NCBI GenBank assembly: GCA_964458605.1
Contig: CAYWLS010000008.1
Span: forward strand, 73,190-137,189
Source: an uncultured Hyphomicrobiales bacterium
GTDB taxonomy: Bacteria; Pseudomonadota; Alphaproteobacteria; Reyranellales; JAQSWP01
Length of the DNA: 64,000 nt
Reading direction: 5' to 3'
Notes under the pieces: model-generated
Databases searched by the model: none
The model's input: only the letters and a program-made list of their open reading frames with translations
Told to the model about the DNA's origin: nothing
Made by a program: the position numbers and the translations under genes
Shown here: positions 50,289 to 61,080 of the stretch, piece by piece
Layout of the letters: the number at the start of each line of letters is the position of its first letter
Position numbering within the stretch: position 1 is the first letter of the stretch

Positions 50289-52033
50289 CAGCGCATTTCC
50301 TCGGCCGGCTTGACGTTGAACACCGCGAGCCCGGCAGCGATCACGCTGCCCACCGCCTGCACCAGCGCCAGCCGCGCCTTGGTCAGCGCCGCGTTGCCCT
50401 CGACGATGAAGCGCAAGGTGGCTTCCTCCTTGCCGCGGTTCCAATGGGCATGGAACGCCGAGGCCAGGTCGTAGAGATAGAACGCCAGGCGGTGCGGCTC
50501 GTGCGCCTGGGCGGCGGCCTCGACGGTGCGCGGCCAGCTCGCCATCTGTCGCACCAGCGCCAACTCGCCGGCGTCGGTCAGCGGCGACAGGTCGGCGTCG
50601 GCCAGTTCGCGCGGCGTGGCCGCCAGGCCGGCCTGCGCCGCCTGACGCATCACCGAGCGGGTTCGGGCGTGGGCGTATTGCACGTACCACACCGGGTTGT
50701 CGCGCGACTGTTCCGTGGCCTTCACCAGGTCGAAATCGAAGGGCGCGTCGTTCTTGCGCGTCAGCATCAGAAAGCGGACCACATCCTTGCCGACATCGTC
50801 GATCAGGTCCCGCAGTGTAACAAAAACGCCGGCCCTTTTCGACATCCGCACCAGCTCGCCGCCTTTCATCAGGCGCACCAGCTGGCAGACCTTGACGTCC
50901 AGGCTGGCCTGGCGGTCGGTCACCGCCGCCACCGCGGCCTGCATGCGCTTGATGTAGCCGCCATGGTCGGCGCCCCAGACGTCGATCATGTCGGTGAAGC
51001 CGCGCCGGAATTTGTCGTGGTGGTAGGCGATGTCGTTGGCGAAGTAGGTATAGGAGCCGTCGGACTTCCTGAGCGGCCGGTCGACGTCGTCGCCGAACTC
51101 GGTGGCGCGGAACAGCGTCTGCTCGCGGTCCTCCCAATCTTCGGGCGTCATGCCCTTGGGCGGCTTGAGCCGGCCCTGGTAGATCAGGCCTTTCTGCTGC
51201 AGCGTATCGAGCGCGCGCTCGACCGCGCCGGATTCGACCAGCCTGCGTTCGGAGCTGAACACGTCCTGGTGGATGCCCAGCGCCTCGAGGTCGAGCTTGA
51301 CCACCTCCATCAGCGCCTCGACCGCGAAGTCGCGGATCGGGCCCAGCCACTCGCTCTCCGGCGCGTGGTGGAAGCGGTTGCCGTATTTCTCGGCCAGCGC
51401 ACGGCCGACATATTTCAGGTATTCGCCCGGATAGAGGCCCTCGGGAATCTCGCCGATATCGTCGCCCAGCGCCTCGCGGTAGCGCAGCCAGGCCGAACGC
51501 GCCAGCACGTCGACCTGCGCGCCGGCGTCGTTGATGTAGTACTCGCGCGTGACGTCGTAGCCCGCCTTCTGCAGCAGCGCCGCCAGCACGTCGCCGAACA
51601 CCGCGCCGCGCGCATGGCCGACGGTCAGCGGCCCGGTCGGATTGGCCGAGACGTATTCGACCGAGACCTTGCGGCCGGCGCCCATCGCGCTGTCGCCGTA
51701 GCGCGGCCCGGCCTCGAGCACGTCGTGCAGGCGGGCGCGCCAGTAATCGTCGGCCAGGCGCAGATTGACGAAGCCCGGCCCGGCGATCGAGACCTCGGCG
51801 ACGTCCCGGTGCCGGCGCAGTTCGGCGGCCAGCAGCTCGGCGATGTCGCGCGGCTTGCGGCCGGCCTGCTTGCTCAGCACCAGCGCGGCATTGGTGGCGA
51901 GATCGCCGTGGCTCGCATCGCGCGGCGGCTCGACGGTGACGGCGGCGGTATCCAGCTTGGGCAGCGCGCCGGACTCGGCCAGCCGGCCGAGCGCCGCTTC
52001 GATTTCGGCGGCGAAATGCTTGAACGCGTCCAT
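50288..52033 (-). CDS. argS: Arginine--tRNA ligase
   Basis: [43 protein letters not shown]. Confidence 0.99.
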   Translation of the reverse strand: MDAFKHFAAEIEAALGRLAESGALPKLDTAAVTVEPPRDASHGDLATNAALVLSKQAGRKPRDIAELLAAELRRHRDVAEVSIAGPGFVNLRLADDYWRARLHDVLEAGPRYGDSAMGAGRKVSVEYVSANPTGPLTVGHARGAVFGDVLAALLQKAGYDVTREYYINDAGAQVDVLARSAWLRYREALGDDIGEIPEGLYPGEYLKYVGRALAEKYGNRFHHAPESEWLGPIRDFAVEALMEVVKLDLEALGIHQDVFSSERRLVESGAVERALDTLQQKGLIYQGRLKPPKGMTPEDWEDREQTLFRATEFGDDVDRPLRKSDGSYTYFANDIAYHHDKFRRGFTDMIDVWGADHGGYIKRMQAAVAAVTDRQASLDVKVCQLVRLMKGGELVRMSKRAGVFVTLRDLIDDVGKDVVRFLMLTRKNDAPFDFDLVKATEQSRDNPVWYVQYAHARTRSVMRQAAQAGLAATPRELADADLSPLTDAGELALVRQMASWPRTVEAAAQAHEPHRLAFYLYDLASAFHAHWNRGKEEATLRFIVEGNAALTKARLALVQAVGSVIAAGLAVFNVKPAEEMR

Positions 52034-52049
52034 GGTCAGAAAAGGATTC

Positions 52050-53234
52050 CTATTCGTAGGCGTCGAACAGACGGCGATGTTCCTTCAGGGCAAACCGATC
52101 GGTCATGCCGGCGATGTAATCGGCCACCAGCCGCGCGCGTCGTCGCTCGTCGGCATTGCGCGCCCGCGCTTGCCAGTCCGGCGGCAGGCATTCGGGCTCG
52201 GCGAGCAGCAGCTCGAACAGCTGGCGCACCACGCGCCGCGCCTTGGACGTCATGCGGTTGACGCGATAGTGGCGGTACATACGCTCGAACAGAAAGTCTT
52301 TCAAGCGCCTGTCCGCGGCCGACATTTCCGCCGAAAACGCGATCACCGGCCGGCCCAGATGACGGATGTCGGCCACCGAAGCCGGCCGCGCCTGGTCCAG
52401 CCGCCGCGCGCTCTGCGCCAGCACGTCGCGGATCATGCGATCGATCAGCCGCCGCGTCGTTTCATGGATCAAACGAGAATCGTCGATATTGGGATAGAGA
52501 TGGCGCACCTCGGCCACCACCTCCAGCACGATCGGCACCGCGCAGATGTCGCCGATGCTGAACAGGCCGGCGCGCAGGCCGTCGTCGATATCGTGGTTGT
52601 TGTAGGCGATGTCGTCGCTCAGCGCCGCGATCTGCGCCTCGGCGCCGGGACAGGTGTCGATCTCGAGATCCTGCAGGCGGTTGTATTCGACGATCGCCGC
52701 CGGCAGCGGCTTGTCGCGATGCCTGACCGCGTCCGGCCCGACCAGCGGCCCATTGTGCTTGACCACGCCTTCCAGCGTCTCCCAGGTCAGGTTGAGCCCG
52801 TCGAAGGCGGCGTATTTCTGTTCGAGCTGGGTCAGGATGCGCAAGGTCTGGGCGTTGTGGTCGAAGCCGCCATACGCGGCCATCGCCGCATCGAGCGCCT
52901 CCTCGCCGGCATGGCCGAACGGCGTGTGGCCGAGGTCGTGCGCCAGGGACAGCGCCTCGGCCAGATCCTCGTTCAGCCCCAGCGCGCGGGCCAGCGAGCG
53001 GGCGATCTGCGCCACTTCCAGCGAATGGGTCAGCCGGGTGCGGTAATGGTCGCCCTCGTGATAGACGAACACCTGGGTCTTGTGCTTCAGGCGCCGGAAC
53101 GCGGTGGCGTGGATGATGCGATCCCTATCCCGTTGGAAAGGCGTGCGGTTTTCGGCCTCCGGCTCGGCATGCAGCCGGCCGCGGCTGGTCGCCGCCAAGG
53201 TGGCGTAGGGACGGTGCGCTTCGCTCGGTGACAT
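52050..53234 (-). CDS. dgt: Deoxyguanosinetriphosphate triphosphohydrolase-like protein
   Basis: [57 protein letters not shown]. Confidence 0.96.
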   Translation of the reverse strand: MSPSEAHRPYATLAATSRGRLHAEPEAENRTPFQRDRDRIIHATAFRRLKHKTQVFVYHEGDHYRTRLTHSLEVAQIARSLARALGLNEDLAEALSLAHDLGHTPFGHAGEEALDAAMAAYGGFDHNAQTLRILTQLEQKYAAFDGLNLTWETLEGVVKHNGPLVGPDAVRHRDKPLPAAIVEYNRLQDLEIDTCPGAEAQIAALSDDIAYNNHDIDDGLRAGLFSIGDICAVPIVLEVVAEVRHLYPNIDDSRLIHETTRRLIDRMIRDVLAQSARRLDQARPASVADIRHLGRPVIAFSAEMSAADRRLKDFLFERMYRHYRVNRMTSKARRVVRQLFELLLAEPECLPPDWQARARNADERRRARLVADYIAGMTDRFALKEHRRLFDAYE

Positions 53235-53293
53235 GGCGGCGCTCTTATATCATCGATTGGGCGATAATCGCGCCAACAACGAGGGAGGATTGT

Positions 53294-54037
53294 ATGGGTG
53301 ACAATCTGGTGCGGCGCGACGACAGCGATGGCATCGCGGTGCTGACGCTCAGCCGGCCCCAGGCGCTCAACGCGCTGAGCCCGGCCCTGTTCGTCGAGCT
53401 GCGCAACCATGTCGAGGCGATCGCCCGGCAGACCGACGCGGTGGGCTGCGTCGTGCTGCAGGGCGAAGGTCGCAGCTTCTGCGCCGGCAACGATCTGCAG
53501 GCCATCGCCGCCGGCGAGCGCGCCCCGACGCCGACCTATCAGGCCGACACCATCCGCGCCATCGAGCTTCTGCCCCAGCCGGTGATCGTGGCGGTGCAGG
53601 ACCATTGCTACACCGGCGGGCTGGAGCTGGCGCTGGCCGGCGACCTGCTGGTCGCCGCCGACAATGCCAAATTCGCCGACACGCACGGCAAATTCGCCAT
53701 GACGCCGCTCTGGGGCATGAGCCAGCGCCTGCCGCGCCGCATCGGCCCGCTGCGCGCCAAGGAGATCATGTTCACCGGCCGCGTGGTGGGCGGGCAGGAG
53801 GCCGCCGAGATCGGCCTGGCGAATATATGCGTGCCGCAGGCCGAGCTGCGCCACCGCACCATGGAACTGGCGCGCGCCATCGTCGCCAATTCCTGGCACA
53901 CCTTGCGCGCCGACAAGAAGCTGGTGAACGAAGGCCAGAATTACGGCCTGGCCGAGGGCCTGCAGTTCGAACGCGACACCAGCCCCGGCCGCGGCCCCGA
54001 CATGGAAGAAAGGCTCAAGAAATTTGCGGGGCGTTAG
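53294..54037 (+). CDS. Enoyl-CoA hydratase/isomerase family protein
   Basis: LSRPQALNAL, FCAGNDL, TGGLELALAGD, FADTH. Confidence 0.9.
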   Translation: MGDNLVRRDDSDGIAVLTLSRPQALNALSPALFVELRNHVEAIARQTDAVGCVVLQGEGRSFCAGNDLQAIAAGERAPTPTYQADTIRAIELLPQPVIVAVQDHCYTGGLELALAGDLLVAADNAKFADTHGKFAMTPLWGMSQRLPRRIGPLRAKEIMFTGRVVGGQEAAEIGLANICVPQAELRHRTMELARAIVANSWHTLRADKKLVNEGQNYGLAEGLQFERDTSPGRGPDMEERLKKFAGR

Positions 54038-54785
54038 GCGTGTAGTGCGTGGTCGAGGCCGCTCGATCATTCAGCGGCAAGGCCAACGGCGGCATCAGCG
54101 CGTAGGCTGCCATTTGCGGATACATCGTATTGGTCAGCATATCTATGGTCATGCACGCGAACGGCCTCAACTTTGCGCCAGGCTTTCCGTCGGGCAGCCA
54201 CACCGGCCGGTTGTCCATCGGAAACAGCGTCAGCAGCTTCCGCGCGCCGGTCGGAGAAACGAGGTAGGCACACAGGCCGAATGCGCTGTTCAGTCGGGCC
54301 GTCTGCACCGGATCGGTGCTTTGCGCAAATGCGAGCAATTGATGGACGCTAGGGTGGGCGGTGGTGACGATCGGCGGCACATGTCCGGGCAGCACACCTT
54401 GCAGATCGACCAGGGCGTCGGTGTTGTAGCCCAGAAGCAGCATGTCCCACCTCGCCAATCGACCGAGCGTGGCGTTCAATTGCGGCACCAGATCGTTACG
54501 ACAGAAGGCGTCGTCTTCGAAGACCAGAAGGGGCCTGCCCGTGGTGGCGGCATAGAGCCACAAGTCGCGATGCGACGCGGCGCAACCGATCTGGCCCTTG
54601 GTGTAGAGCCGCGCGCCGGGCTTGAGCAAGGCGTGGCGCGCGCAATCCTCTTCGCTGAGCGCGTTGCCGTCGATCGCCTCGAATATTTGGAACTCCAGTC
54701 CAGTCGCGCGATTGCGTTCGAGAAACGCCGCCCGCTTCCCGGGTTCACGCCCGAGGCTTATCACGTAACACTCGTATTCCAACAT
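54015..54785 (-). CDS. Glycosyltransferase family 25 (LPS/LOS beta-galactosyltransferase-like)
   Basis: YVISL, FEAIDG, GQIGCAASH..LW, LVFEDD; atypical codon use. Confidence 0.85.
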   Translation of the reverse strand: MLEYECYVISLGREPGKRAAFLERNRATGLEFQIFEAIDGNALSEEDCARHALLKPGARLYTKGQIGCAASHRDLWLYAATTGRPLLVFEDDAFCRNDLVPQLNATLGRLARWDMLLLGYNTDALVDLQGVLPGHVPPIVTTAHPSVHQLLAFAQSTDPVQTARLNSAFGLCAYLVSPTGARKLLTLFPMDNRPVWLPDGKPGAKLRPFACMTIDMLTNTMYPQMAAYALMPPLALPLNDRAASTTHYTPNAPQIS

Positions 54786-54854
54786 TACCCTGCGACCCAA
54801 GCCCCAAAGCAAACTAGCGTCGCCGCGCAAATCCTGTAAAGCGGCAAGAGCTAT

Positions 54855-55188
54855 GGAGCACCGCCTCGCCGCGCCATCGGCATGGCCGGCAGCGGATCGG
54901 CGAACCGTGGATGGCGTGGGCAGCAGCCGCGCACGTCCTTCTTCACCCCGGCATAGTTGCCGGCCCAGCTGCGCAGATCGCCGGTCGCCCGCAATGGTCA
55001 GCCGGGCGACGACAGCATATGCTGGGCGAGCAGCAGGCGGCCGCCATGATGGCGGGCGTCGTGGCGTTACCGAACGTCTCCTGCGGTTTGCCCGACAAGA
55101 GCAGCTTGGCGGCATCGCCTTGTCGATGCGACGGCACGAACCGATTGGCCCTTCCAAATGCGTCGGCGCTACGGTGTCGAAGGCGCGG
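54855..55188 (-). pseudogene. hrpB: Decayed copy of the hrpB 3' end (direct repeat of about 58484-58823)
   Basis: 54931-54968 matches 58561-58598 at 33/38 nt; translated pieces RAFDTVAPTH, KPQETFGNATTPAI and GDLRSWAGNYAGVKKDVRGCCPRHP parallel the HrpB C-terminus, with indels. Confidence 0.88.
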
Positions 55189-55893
55189 CTAGGCCTTGGT
55201 CGCCGCTGCCCGCTCGCCGGTGACGCGGCCGTCGACCACCTCGACGATACGGTCGCAGCGATGCGCCAAATCGTGATTGTGGGTCACCATCAGGAAAGTG
55301 GTGCCCTTTTCGCGATTGATCTTGCGCATCAGTTCGAACACGCCCTGCGCCGATGCGGTGTCGAGATTGCCGGTCGGCTCGTCCGCCAGCACCAGCGGCG
55401 GATTCATCGCCAGCGCCCGGGCGATCGCCACGCGTTGCTGCTGCCCGCCCGACATGTTGGTGGCCCGGTTGTCGCGCCACCGGCTGAGGCCCACCGCCTC
55501 GAGCAGTTCGTCGGCGCGACGTTCCATCTCCTCGTTGCGCCGGTGGCGGTCGACCAGCATCGGCATCATGACGTTCTCCGCCGCGGTGAAGGCGGAGATC
55601 AGGTAGTGGTACTGGAACACGAAGCCGATGGCGTGGCCGCGCAAATGGGTGCGCTCGGCCTCCGGAAGGCGGGTGGTATCCTCGCCGGCGACCACCAGGC
55701 GGCCCGAGCTCGGCCGGTTCAGCAGGCCGATGATCTGCAGCAGGGTGCTCTTGCCCGAGCCAGACGGGCCCATCAGCGCCAGGAATTCGCCGGCATGGAT
55801 CGACAGGTCGATGTCGTGCAGCACCTCGGTCTGCACCGGCGTGCCGACATTGTAGGATTTGCAGATCTTCTCCAGGACAACGATCTCAGCCAA
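55189..55893 (-). CDS. ABC transporter ATP-binding protein (MacB/LolD-like)
   Basis: [34 protein letters not shown]; TTG start. Confidence 0.95.
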   Translation of the reverse strand: MAEIVVLEKICKSYNVGTPVQTEVLHDIDLSIHAGEFLALMGPSGSGKSTLLQIIGLLNRPSSGRLVVAGEDTTRLPEAERTHLRGHAIGFVFQYHYLISAFTAAENVMMPMLVDRHRRNEEMERRADELLEAVGLSRWRDNRATNMSGGQQQRVAIARALAMNPPLVLADEPTGNLDTASAQGVFELMRKINREKGTTFLMVTHNHDLAHRCDRIVEVVDGRVTGERAAATKA

Positions 55894-57112
55894 GGATCGC
55901 CTCCACCGGATCGAGCCTTGCGGCGCGCAGCGAGGGCGCCATGGCGGCGGCCACGCCGGTCACGGTGGCGACCGCGGCGGCGATGACGAACAGGCCCGGC
56001 CCCAAGATCAGCGGGAACAGTTCCGAGCCATCGGCCTGGCGGGCATAGCCGTGCCACCAGATCAGCGCGCCCGCCCCCATCGCCGAGCCGATCAGCGAGC
56101 CGGCGAATCCCAGCACGCCGCCCTGGATCAGGAAAATGCGCAGGATCTGGCCACGCGAGGTGCCCATGGCGCGCAGGATGCCGATGTCCTTGGAACGCTG
56201 GATCACCGACACCACCAGCACCGCGGCGATGCCGAACGCCACCGACAGGCCGACAAAAAAGCGGATCAGGGTGTTCGAGCTGCTCTGCGCCCGCAGCGCG
56301 GTGAAGAACTGGGCGTTGGTCTTGATCCAGCTTTCGGCCTGCACCGGCAATACCGCTTCGATGTCCTGGGCGATCGTGTCGGCTGCGTAGATGTCGTCGA
56401 CGGTCATGTCGATGGTGGTGACGCCGCCGATCAGGTTGAGCAGGCTCTGGCCGGTGCGCAGCGCCACGAAGGCGATGCGCTCGTTGGCTCCCTTGTTGCC
56501 GAGGTCGAAGATGGCGCGCACCGTCAGCACCCGCCCGTCGCCCCGTGCGGTGGCGACGTTGAGCTTGTCGCCGACGCCCACGCCGAGATCCTTGGCCAGT
56601 TCGGTGCCGATCAGGATGTCCTCGCTGTCCAGCCGCACCTCGCCGGCCACGATATAGTCGGGCACCCGCACGATCCTGAAATAGAGATCGGGGTCGATTC
56701 CGGCGATGCTGATCGAGCGGCTGGCGTCGCCGCGCACCGCCAGCGCCGAACCGCTCGCGGTCGGCGTCGCCAGCACCACGTCGGGCCGCGCCCGCATCGA
56801 GCGCAGGACGGTCTGCCACTGGTCGATGGTCAGGACGCGTTGCGAGGGCCGTTGCACGTTGGCCAGCTCGAAGGTACCGGCGTCGTAGCGCAACGGCCGC
56901 GCCACCTCGTCCGGCGGCAGCAACTGGATGTGCGGCTGGGAGGTCAGCACCCGCTTGATGAAGTTGCTCTGCAGGCCGGTCAGGATGGCCGACAGGAACA
57001 CGATCACGCCCACGCCGGTGGCGACGCCGGCCAGGATGAAAAAGGTCTGGGTACGGCCCTCGGCGAGGAAGCGCAGCGCCGCGATCCACTCGAAGCTCAG
57101 CAGCCGCCTCAT
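55886..57112 (-). CDS. ABC transporter permease (MacB-PCD/FtsX family)
   Basis: TM1, large periplasmic domain, DIGILRAMG...[19 protein letters not shown]. Confidence 0.93.
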   Translation of the reverse strand: MRRLLSFEWIAALRFLAEGRTQTFFILAGVATGVGVIVFLSAILTGLQSNFIKRVLTSQPHIQLLPPDEVARPLRYDAGTFELANVQRPSQRVLTIDQWQTVLRSMRARPDVVLATPTASGSALAVRGDASRSISIAGIDPDLYFRIVRVPDYIVAGEVRLDSEDILIGTELAKDLGVGVGDKLNVATARGDGRVLTVRAIFDLGNKGANERIAFVALRTGQSLLNLIGGVTTIDMTVDDIYAADTIAQDIEAVLPVQAESWIKTNAQFFTALRAQSSSNTLIRFFVGLSVAFGIAAVLVVSVIQRSKDIGILRAMGTSRGQILRIFLIQGGVLGFAGSLIGSAMGAGALIWWHGYARQADGSELFPLILGPGLFVIAAAVATVTGVAAAMAPSLRAARLDPVEAILG

Positions 57113-58362
57113 GAGCCGTTGACCACGGGCCGGACGCGCTGGCCCGCGCGCACGCCGGCCGCCAGCGGCACCACCAGGTCGCCCGGCACCAGCCCGTCGA
57201 GGATTTCGACATCGTCGGCGCCGCGCAACCCCAGCCTGACCACGCGGGCGACGGGCCGGCCGTTGCGGATCACCAGCACCCAGGGCCTGGCGGCGGTCGG
57301 ATCGTGGATGGCGCGGGTCGGCGCCACCACGGTCTGGTTGCGGCGATCGACCTCGATGTCGACGGACACGGTCATGTCCTGCCGCAGATAGGCCGGCGGA
57401 TCGGGCACGGTCAGCTTGACCTCGACCGAGGCGCGAGCGATGTCGACCGACGGGTTGATGTAACTCAGCGTGGCGGCGAAGCGCTGGTCGGGATAGGCAT
57501 CGGTCGAGGCCAGCGCCGCCTGCCCCAGCTTCAGCAGGCCAAGATTCTTCTCGTCGATCTGCAGCACCAGCTGGGTGTCGCCGCTGGGCGCCAGCACCAG
57601 CAGCGCCCGGCCGGCCTGGACCACGGTGCCGCGCTCGACGTTGCGCGTGATCAGCACCCCGTCGCGCGGCGCCAGGATGGTGGTGTAGCCCAGCCGCGCC
57701 TGCGCCGTGGCCAGCGCCGCCTCGGCCTGGTTCAGCTCGGTCTCCGCCACCACGTAGTCGCTGCCGCCCGGGCTGGCGGTATAGACCTGAAGCTGCGCCG
57801 TTCGCACCTGGGTGCGGGCGACGTCGAGATCGCGCGTCGCGGCATCGAGCGTCGCCTTGGTGCCGTAGCCGGTGCGCGCCAGCTGATCGGCGCGCGAATA
57901 GGCAGCCTCGGCATTGGCCAGATTGGCCTGGGCCTGCTTCAGCGCTTCCTGGGCCGCGGGCAACGCCACCTCGCGCATCTGGCGCAGCTTGGCCTGGGCC
58001 TGGGCCACGAAGCCCTGCGCCTGCACCACCGCGGCATTGAGTTCGGCGGTCTCCAGCACGACCAGCTTCTGGCCGCGCTTGACCGTTTGTCCCTCCTCGA
58101 CCAGCACCTCTTGCACCGTGCCGGTGATCTGGCTGCCGATCTCGACGCGGAACGGCGTCTGGACATGGCCGCTGGCCACCACGCTGCGCACCACATCGCC
58201 ACGCTGCACGCGATAGACGATCACCTCGGGCCCGACCAGCCAGCGCGCCACCAGCAGGCCCGCGCCCAGCACGGCAAGAACGCCGGCCAGCAGCGCCCAA
58301 CGGGGTTTGATCGACAACAGCCGGCCCAGGCCGGGAATGGAACGCAACTTCATGCCGCGCAT
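57109..58362 (-). CDS. Efflux membrane fusion protein (MacA/HlyD-like periplasmic adaptor)
   Basis: N-terminal anchor, VEIGSQITGTVQEVLVEEGQTVKRGQ.L, coiled coil, ILAPRDGV, YLRQDMTV. Confidence 0.93.
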   Translation of the reverse strand: MRGMKLRSIPGLGRLLSIKPRWALLAGVLAVLGAGLLVARWLVGPEVIVYRVQRGDVVRSVVASGHVQTPFRVEIGSQITGTVQEVLVEEGQTVKRGQKLVVLETAELNAAVVQAQGFVAQAQAKLRQMREVALPAAQEALKQAQANLANAEAAYSRADQLARTGYGTKATLDAATRDLDVARTQVRTAQLQVYTASPGGSDYVVAETELNQAEAALATAQARLGYTTILAPRDGVLITRNVERGTVVQAGRALLVLAPSGDTQLVLQIDEKNLGLLKLGQAALASTDAYPDQRFAATLSYINPSVDIARASVEVKLTVPDPPAYLRQDMTVSVDIEVDRRNQTVVAPTRAIHDPTAARPWVLVIRNGRPVARVVRLGLRGADDVEILDGLVPGDLVVPLAAGVRAGQRVRPVVNGS

Positions 58363-58388
58363 GTAAGCCGACGCGGCGGTCCAGGCGT

Positions 58389-58402
58389 TTGTCCGCGATC
58401 AA
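58389..58402 (-). promoter_or_regulatory. Imperfect FNR/FixK-like box (TTGAT-cgcg-GACAA)
   Basis: One perfect half-site and two mismatches in the other, just upstream of the efflux operon. Confidence 0.3.
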
Positions 58403-58480
58403 GGTCGATGCTTTTTATTTGCGCCGCAACGCCATGCGATTCCAGGCAATCGCCTGGAGTTCCAGCACCTTAGCCGCCGC

Positions 58481-61000
58481 TCAGGAGCGCCGCTTGGCCC
58501 GCGCCGTCGGTGGAGCGGCCAGCGGATCGTCGGGCCAGGGATGGCGCGGGTAACGGCCGCGCATATCCTTCTTCACCTCGGCGTAGCTGCCGGCCCAGAA
58601 GCCGCCCAGGTCGCTGGTGACCTGCAAGGGCCGGCCGGCCGGCGACAACAGATGCAGGGTGAGCGGCAGCCGGTCGCCGACGATGGCCGGCGTGGCGGCG
58701 CTGCCGAACATCTCCTGCAGCTTGACCGCCAGCACCGGCTTGGCGGGATCGCCGTAGTCGATGCGATGGCGCGCGCCGGACGGCACCGGCCAATGGGTCG
58801 GCGCCAGGGTGTCTAGCGCGCGGCGCTGCGGCCAGTCGAGCAGGCCGGCGATGGCCTCGCCGAGATCGAGTTCGCGCAATTTGTTGAGCGACGTCACGCC
58901 CGCCAGATGCGGCGCCAGCCATCGCTCCAGCGTGTCGAGCAGCGCGGCGTCGGACAGGTCGGGCCAAGCCTCGCCCTCGATCGCGCGCACCGCCGCCACG
59001 CGCTGGCGCAGCGCCTGCACCGCGGGCGACAGAGCCAACGTCGCGAGGCCGCGCTTGCGCACCGCCTCGATCAAAGCCTGCGCGATGCGCTCCTGCGGCG
59101 GCGTCTTGAGCGGCTTGTCGTCCAGCACCAGCAGGCCCAGCACGCGCTGGCGCCGCGCCAATACGCTCGAGGATCGCTCGTCCCATTCGACCAGGTCGCG
59201 TGAGGCGATGTGCGATTCGAAATGCGTCTCGATCTCGGCCAGGCCCAGCGGCGCGGCCAGATAGATCGCGCCCTCGGCGCCGGCGCCGTCCATCTCCGCC
59301 ACCGCCAGGAAGGGCTCGCCGGCCAGGCCGTCGGCGGCGTCGAGCACCGCGCCGCGGCCGTTGGACATGACATAGCGCGGCTCGCCGCCCATTTCGCCAT
59401 GGGGCCTGCGCCGCGCGATGCGATCGGGATAGGCGAAAGCCAGCAGCAGCCCGGCGCGGTTGGGATCATCGTCGGTCTCGGCAAAGCCCATCTGCCGGCG
59501 CCAGCGCTCGGCCAGCCGCGAGGCCCGCCGCGCCGCGCCGTCGTTGACCCGCAAATCGCGATGGACGGCGCCGCCGCGCAGCGCCTCCAGCCGCAGCCGC
59601 AGATCGGCCTGCCGCCGGCCGCGCTCGGCGCGCATGATGTCGCGATCCTCCAGCAAGGCGGCGATGCGACAGGCGGTGGCACCCAGGCCCAGCGTGCCGC
59701 CGCGCACAATCATATGCGACAGGCGCGGATGCACCGGCAGCCGGCTCAACGCGCGACCATGGCGGGTAATGCGATTGGCGGCATCGAGCGCATCGAGGTC
59801 GCGCAGCAATTGCCGGGCCAGCGCAAACGATGCCGCCGGCGGCGGCGTCATCCATTGCAATTGGACGGGATCGGCAACGCCCCACAGCGCCAGGTCGAGC
59901 GCCAGCGGCGCCAGGTCGGCATTGATGATCTCCGGCGCCTCGGCACGCGGCAAGGCCTTGTTCTCCGCCTCCGGCCACAGCCGGTAGCACACGCCCGGCG
60001 CGGTGCGGCCGGCACGGCCACGACGCTGATCTGCCGAGGCCAGGCTGGCGCGCCCCGTCACCAGCCGGCTCATGCCGCTGGCGGGATCGAAGGCGGCGCG
60101 GCGGCTCAAGCCGGCATCGACCACCACCCGCACGCCGTCGATGGTCAGGCTGGTCTCGGCGATGGCGGTGGACAGCACGACGCGACGGCGATCGGACCGA
60201 TTGGCGGCCACGGCCCGGTCCTGCGCCTCTTGCGGCAACTCGCCATAGAGCGGCATCACTTCCGCATCGCCCGGCACGCCCTGGGCCAGCAGCCCCTCGA
60301 CCCGGCCGATCTCGCGCACGCCGGGCAGGAACACCAGCACGTCGCCTTCACTGTCGCGCAGCGCCTGGCGCACCGCCTGCGCTACGTGGGCTTCCATCGT
60401 CAGGTTGGGTGGCGGCGGCAGGTAGCGGGTTTCGACCGGGAACAGCCTTCCCTGGCTGGTCAGGATCGGCGCGCCGCCCAGCAGCGCCGCCACCGCCTCG
60501 CCATCGAGCGTGGCCGACATCGCCACCAGGCGCAGATCGGGACGCAGCCCGCGCTGCACGTCGATCGCCAGCGCCAGGCCCAGATCGGCCGCCAGGCTGC
60601 GTTCGTGGAACTCGTCGAACAGGATGGCGCCGATGCCCGGCAGTTCGGGATCCTCCTGCAGCATGCGGGTCAGGATGCCCTCGGTGACCACTTCCAGCCG
60701 CGTGGCGCGGCTGACCTTGCTGTCGTCGCGCACGCGATAGCCCACCGTGCCGCCCAGCGCATCGCCGAGATTCTGCGCCAGGCGTCGGGCGACGAGGCGG
60801 GCCGCCAGCCGGCGCGGCTCCAGCATGACGATCTTGCGGCCCTCGAGCCATTCCTCGTCGAGCAGCCAGAGCGGCAGCAGGGTCGACTTGCCGGCGCCGG
60901 GCGGCGCCTGCACCACCAGTGCGTTGCCCCGGCGCAGCGCTGCCTGCAGGTCGGACCGGATATCTTCGATCGGCAATGCCATCAGCGGGTTGTGCGCCAT
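58481..61000 (-). CDS. hrpB: ATP-dependent RNA helicase HrpB
   Basis: APPGAGKST, EPRRLAAR, DEFHERS, TAIAETSLTIDG, QRRGRAGR, RYPRHPWP. Confidence 0.97.
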   Translation of the reverse strand: MAHNPLMALPIEDIRSDLQAALRRGNALVVQAPPGAGKSTLLPLWLLDEEWLEGRKIVMLEPRRLAARLVARRLAQNLGDALGGTVGYRVRDDSKVSRATRLEVVTEGILTRMLQEDPELPGIGAILFDEFHERSLAADLGLALAIDVQRGLRPDLRLVAMSATLDGEAVAALLGGAPILTSQGRLFPVETRYLPPPPNLTMEAHVAQAVRQALRDSEGDVLVFLPGVREIGRVEGLLAQGVPGDAEVMPLYGELPQEAQDRAVAANRSDRRRVVLSTAIAETSLTIDGVRVVVDAGLSRRAAFDPASGMSRLVTGRASLASADQRRGRAGRTAPGVCYRLWPEAENKALPRAEAPEIINADLAPLALDLALWGVADPVQLQWMTPPPAASFALARQLLRDLDALDAANRITRHGRALSRLPVHPRLSHMIVRGGTLGLGATACRIAALLEDRDIMRAERGRRQADLRLRLEALRGGAVHRDLRVNDGAARRASRLAERWRRQMGFAETDDDPNRAGLLLAFAYPDRIARRRPHGEMGGEPRYVMSNGRGAVLDAADGLAGEPFLAVAEMDGAGAEGAIYLAAPLGLAEIETHFESHIASRDLVEWDERSSSVLARRQRVLGLLVLDDKPLKTPPQERIAQALIEAVRKRGLATLALSPAVQALRQRVAAVRAIEGEAWPDLSDAALLDTLERWLAPHLAGVTSLNKLRELDLGEAIAGLLDWPQRRALDTLAPTHWPVPSGARHRIDYGDPAKPVLAVKLQEMFGSAATPAIVGDRLPLTLHLLSPAGRPLQVTSDLGGFWAGSYAEVKKDMRGRYPRHPWPDDPLAAPPTARAKRRS

Positions 61001-61080
61001 CGCCGGAAGCGGCGCAACCGCGATTGGCCATCCACCGCCCCTGTGGCACAGTTCAGGTCCTGCAATCAGGAGACGCGCGA

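Noticed and set aside
40326-53234. Novelty in the nlpD-to-dgt block
   Set aside because: Ordinary conserved alphaproteobacterial gene order. The degenerate M23 site of NlpD and the M50 protease beside scpA are known features.
54943-55137. Small Cys-rich ORF (64 aa, minus strand) as a novel peptide
   Set aside because: Explained as a frameshifted reading of the hrpB remnant (KPQETFGNATTPAI matches KLQEMFGSAATPAI).
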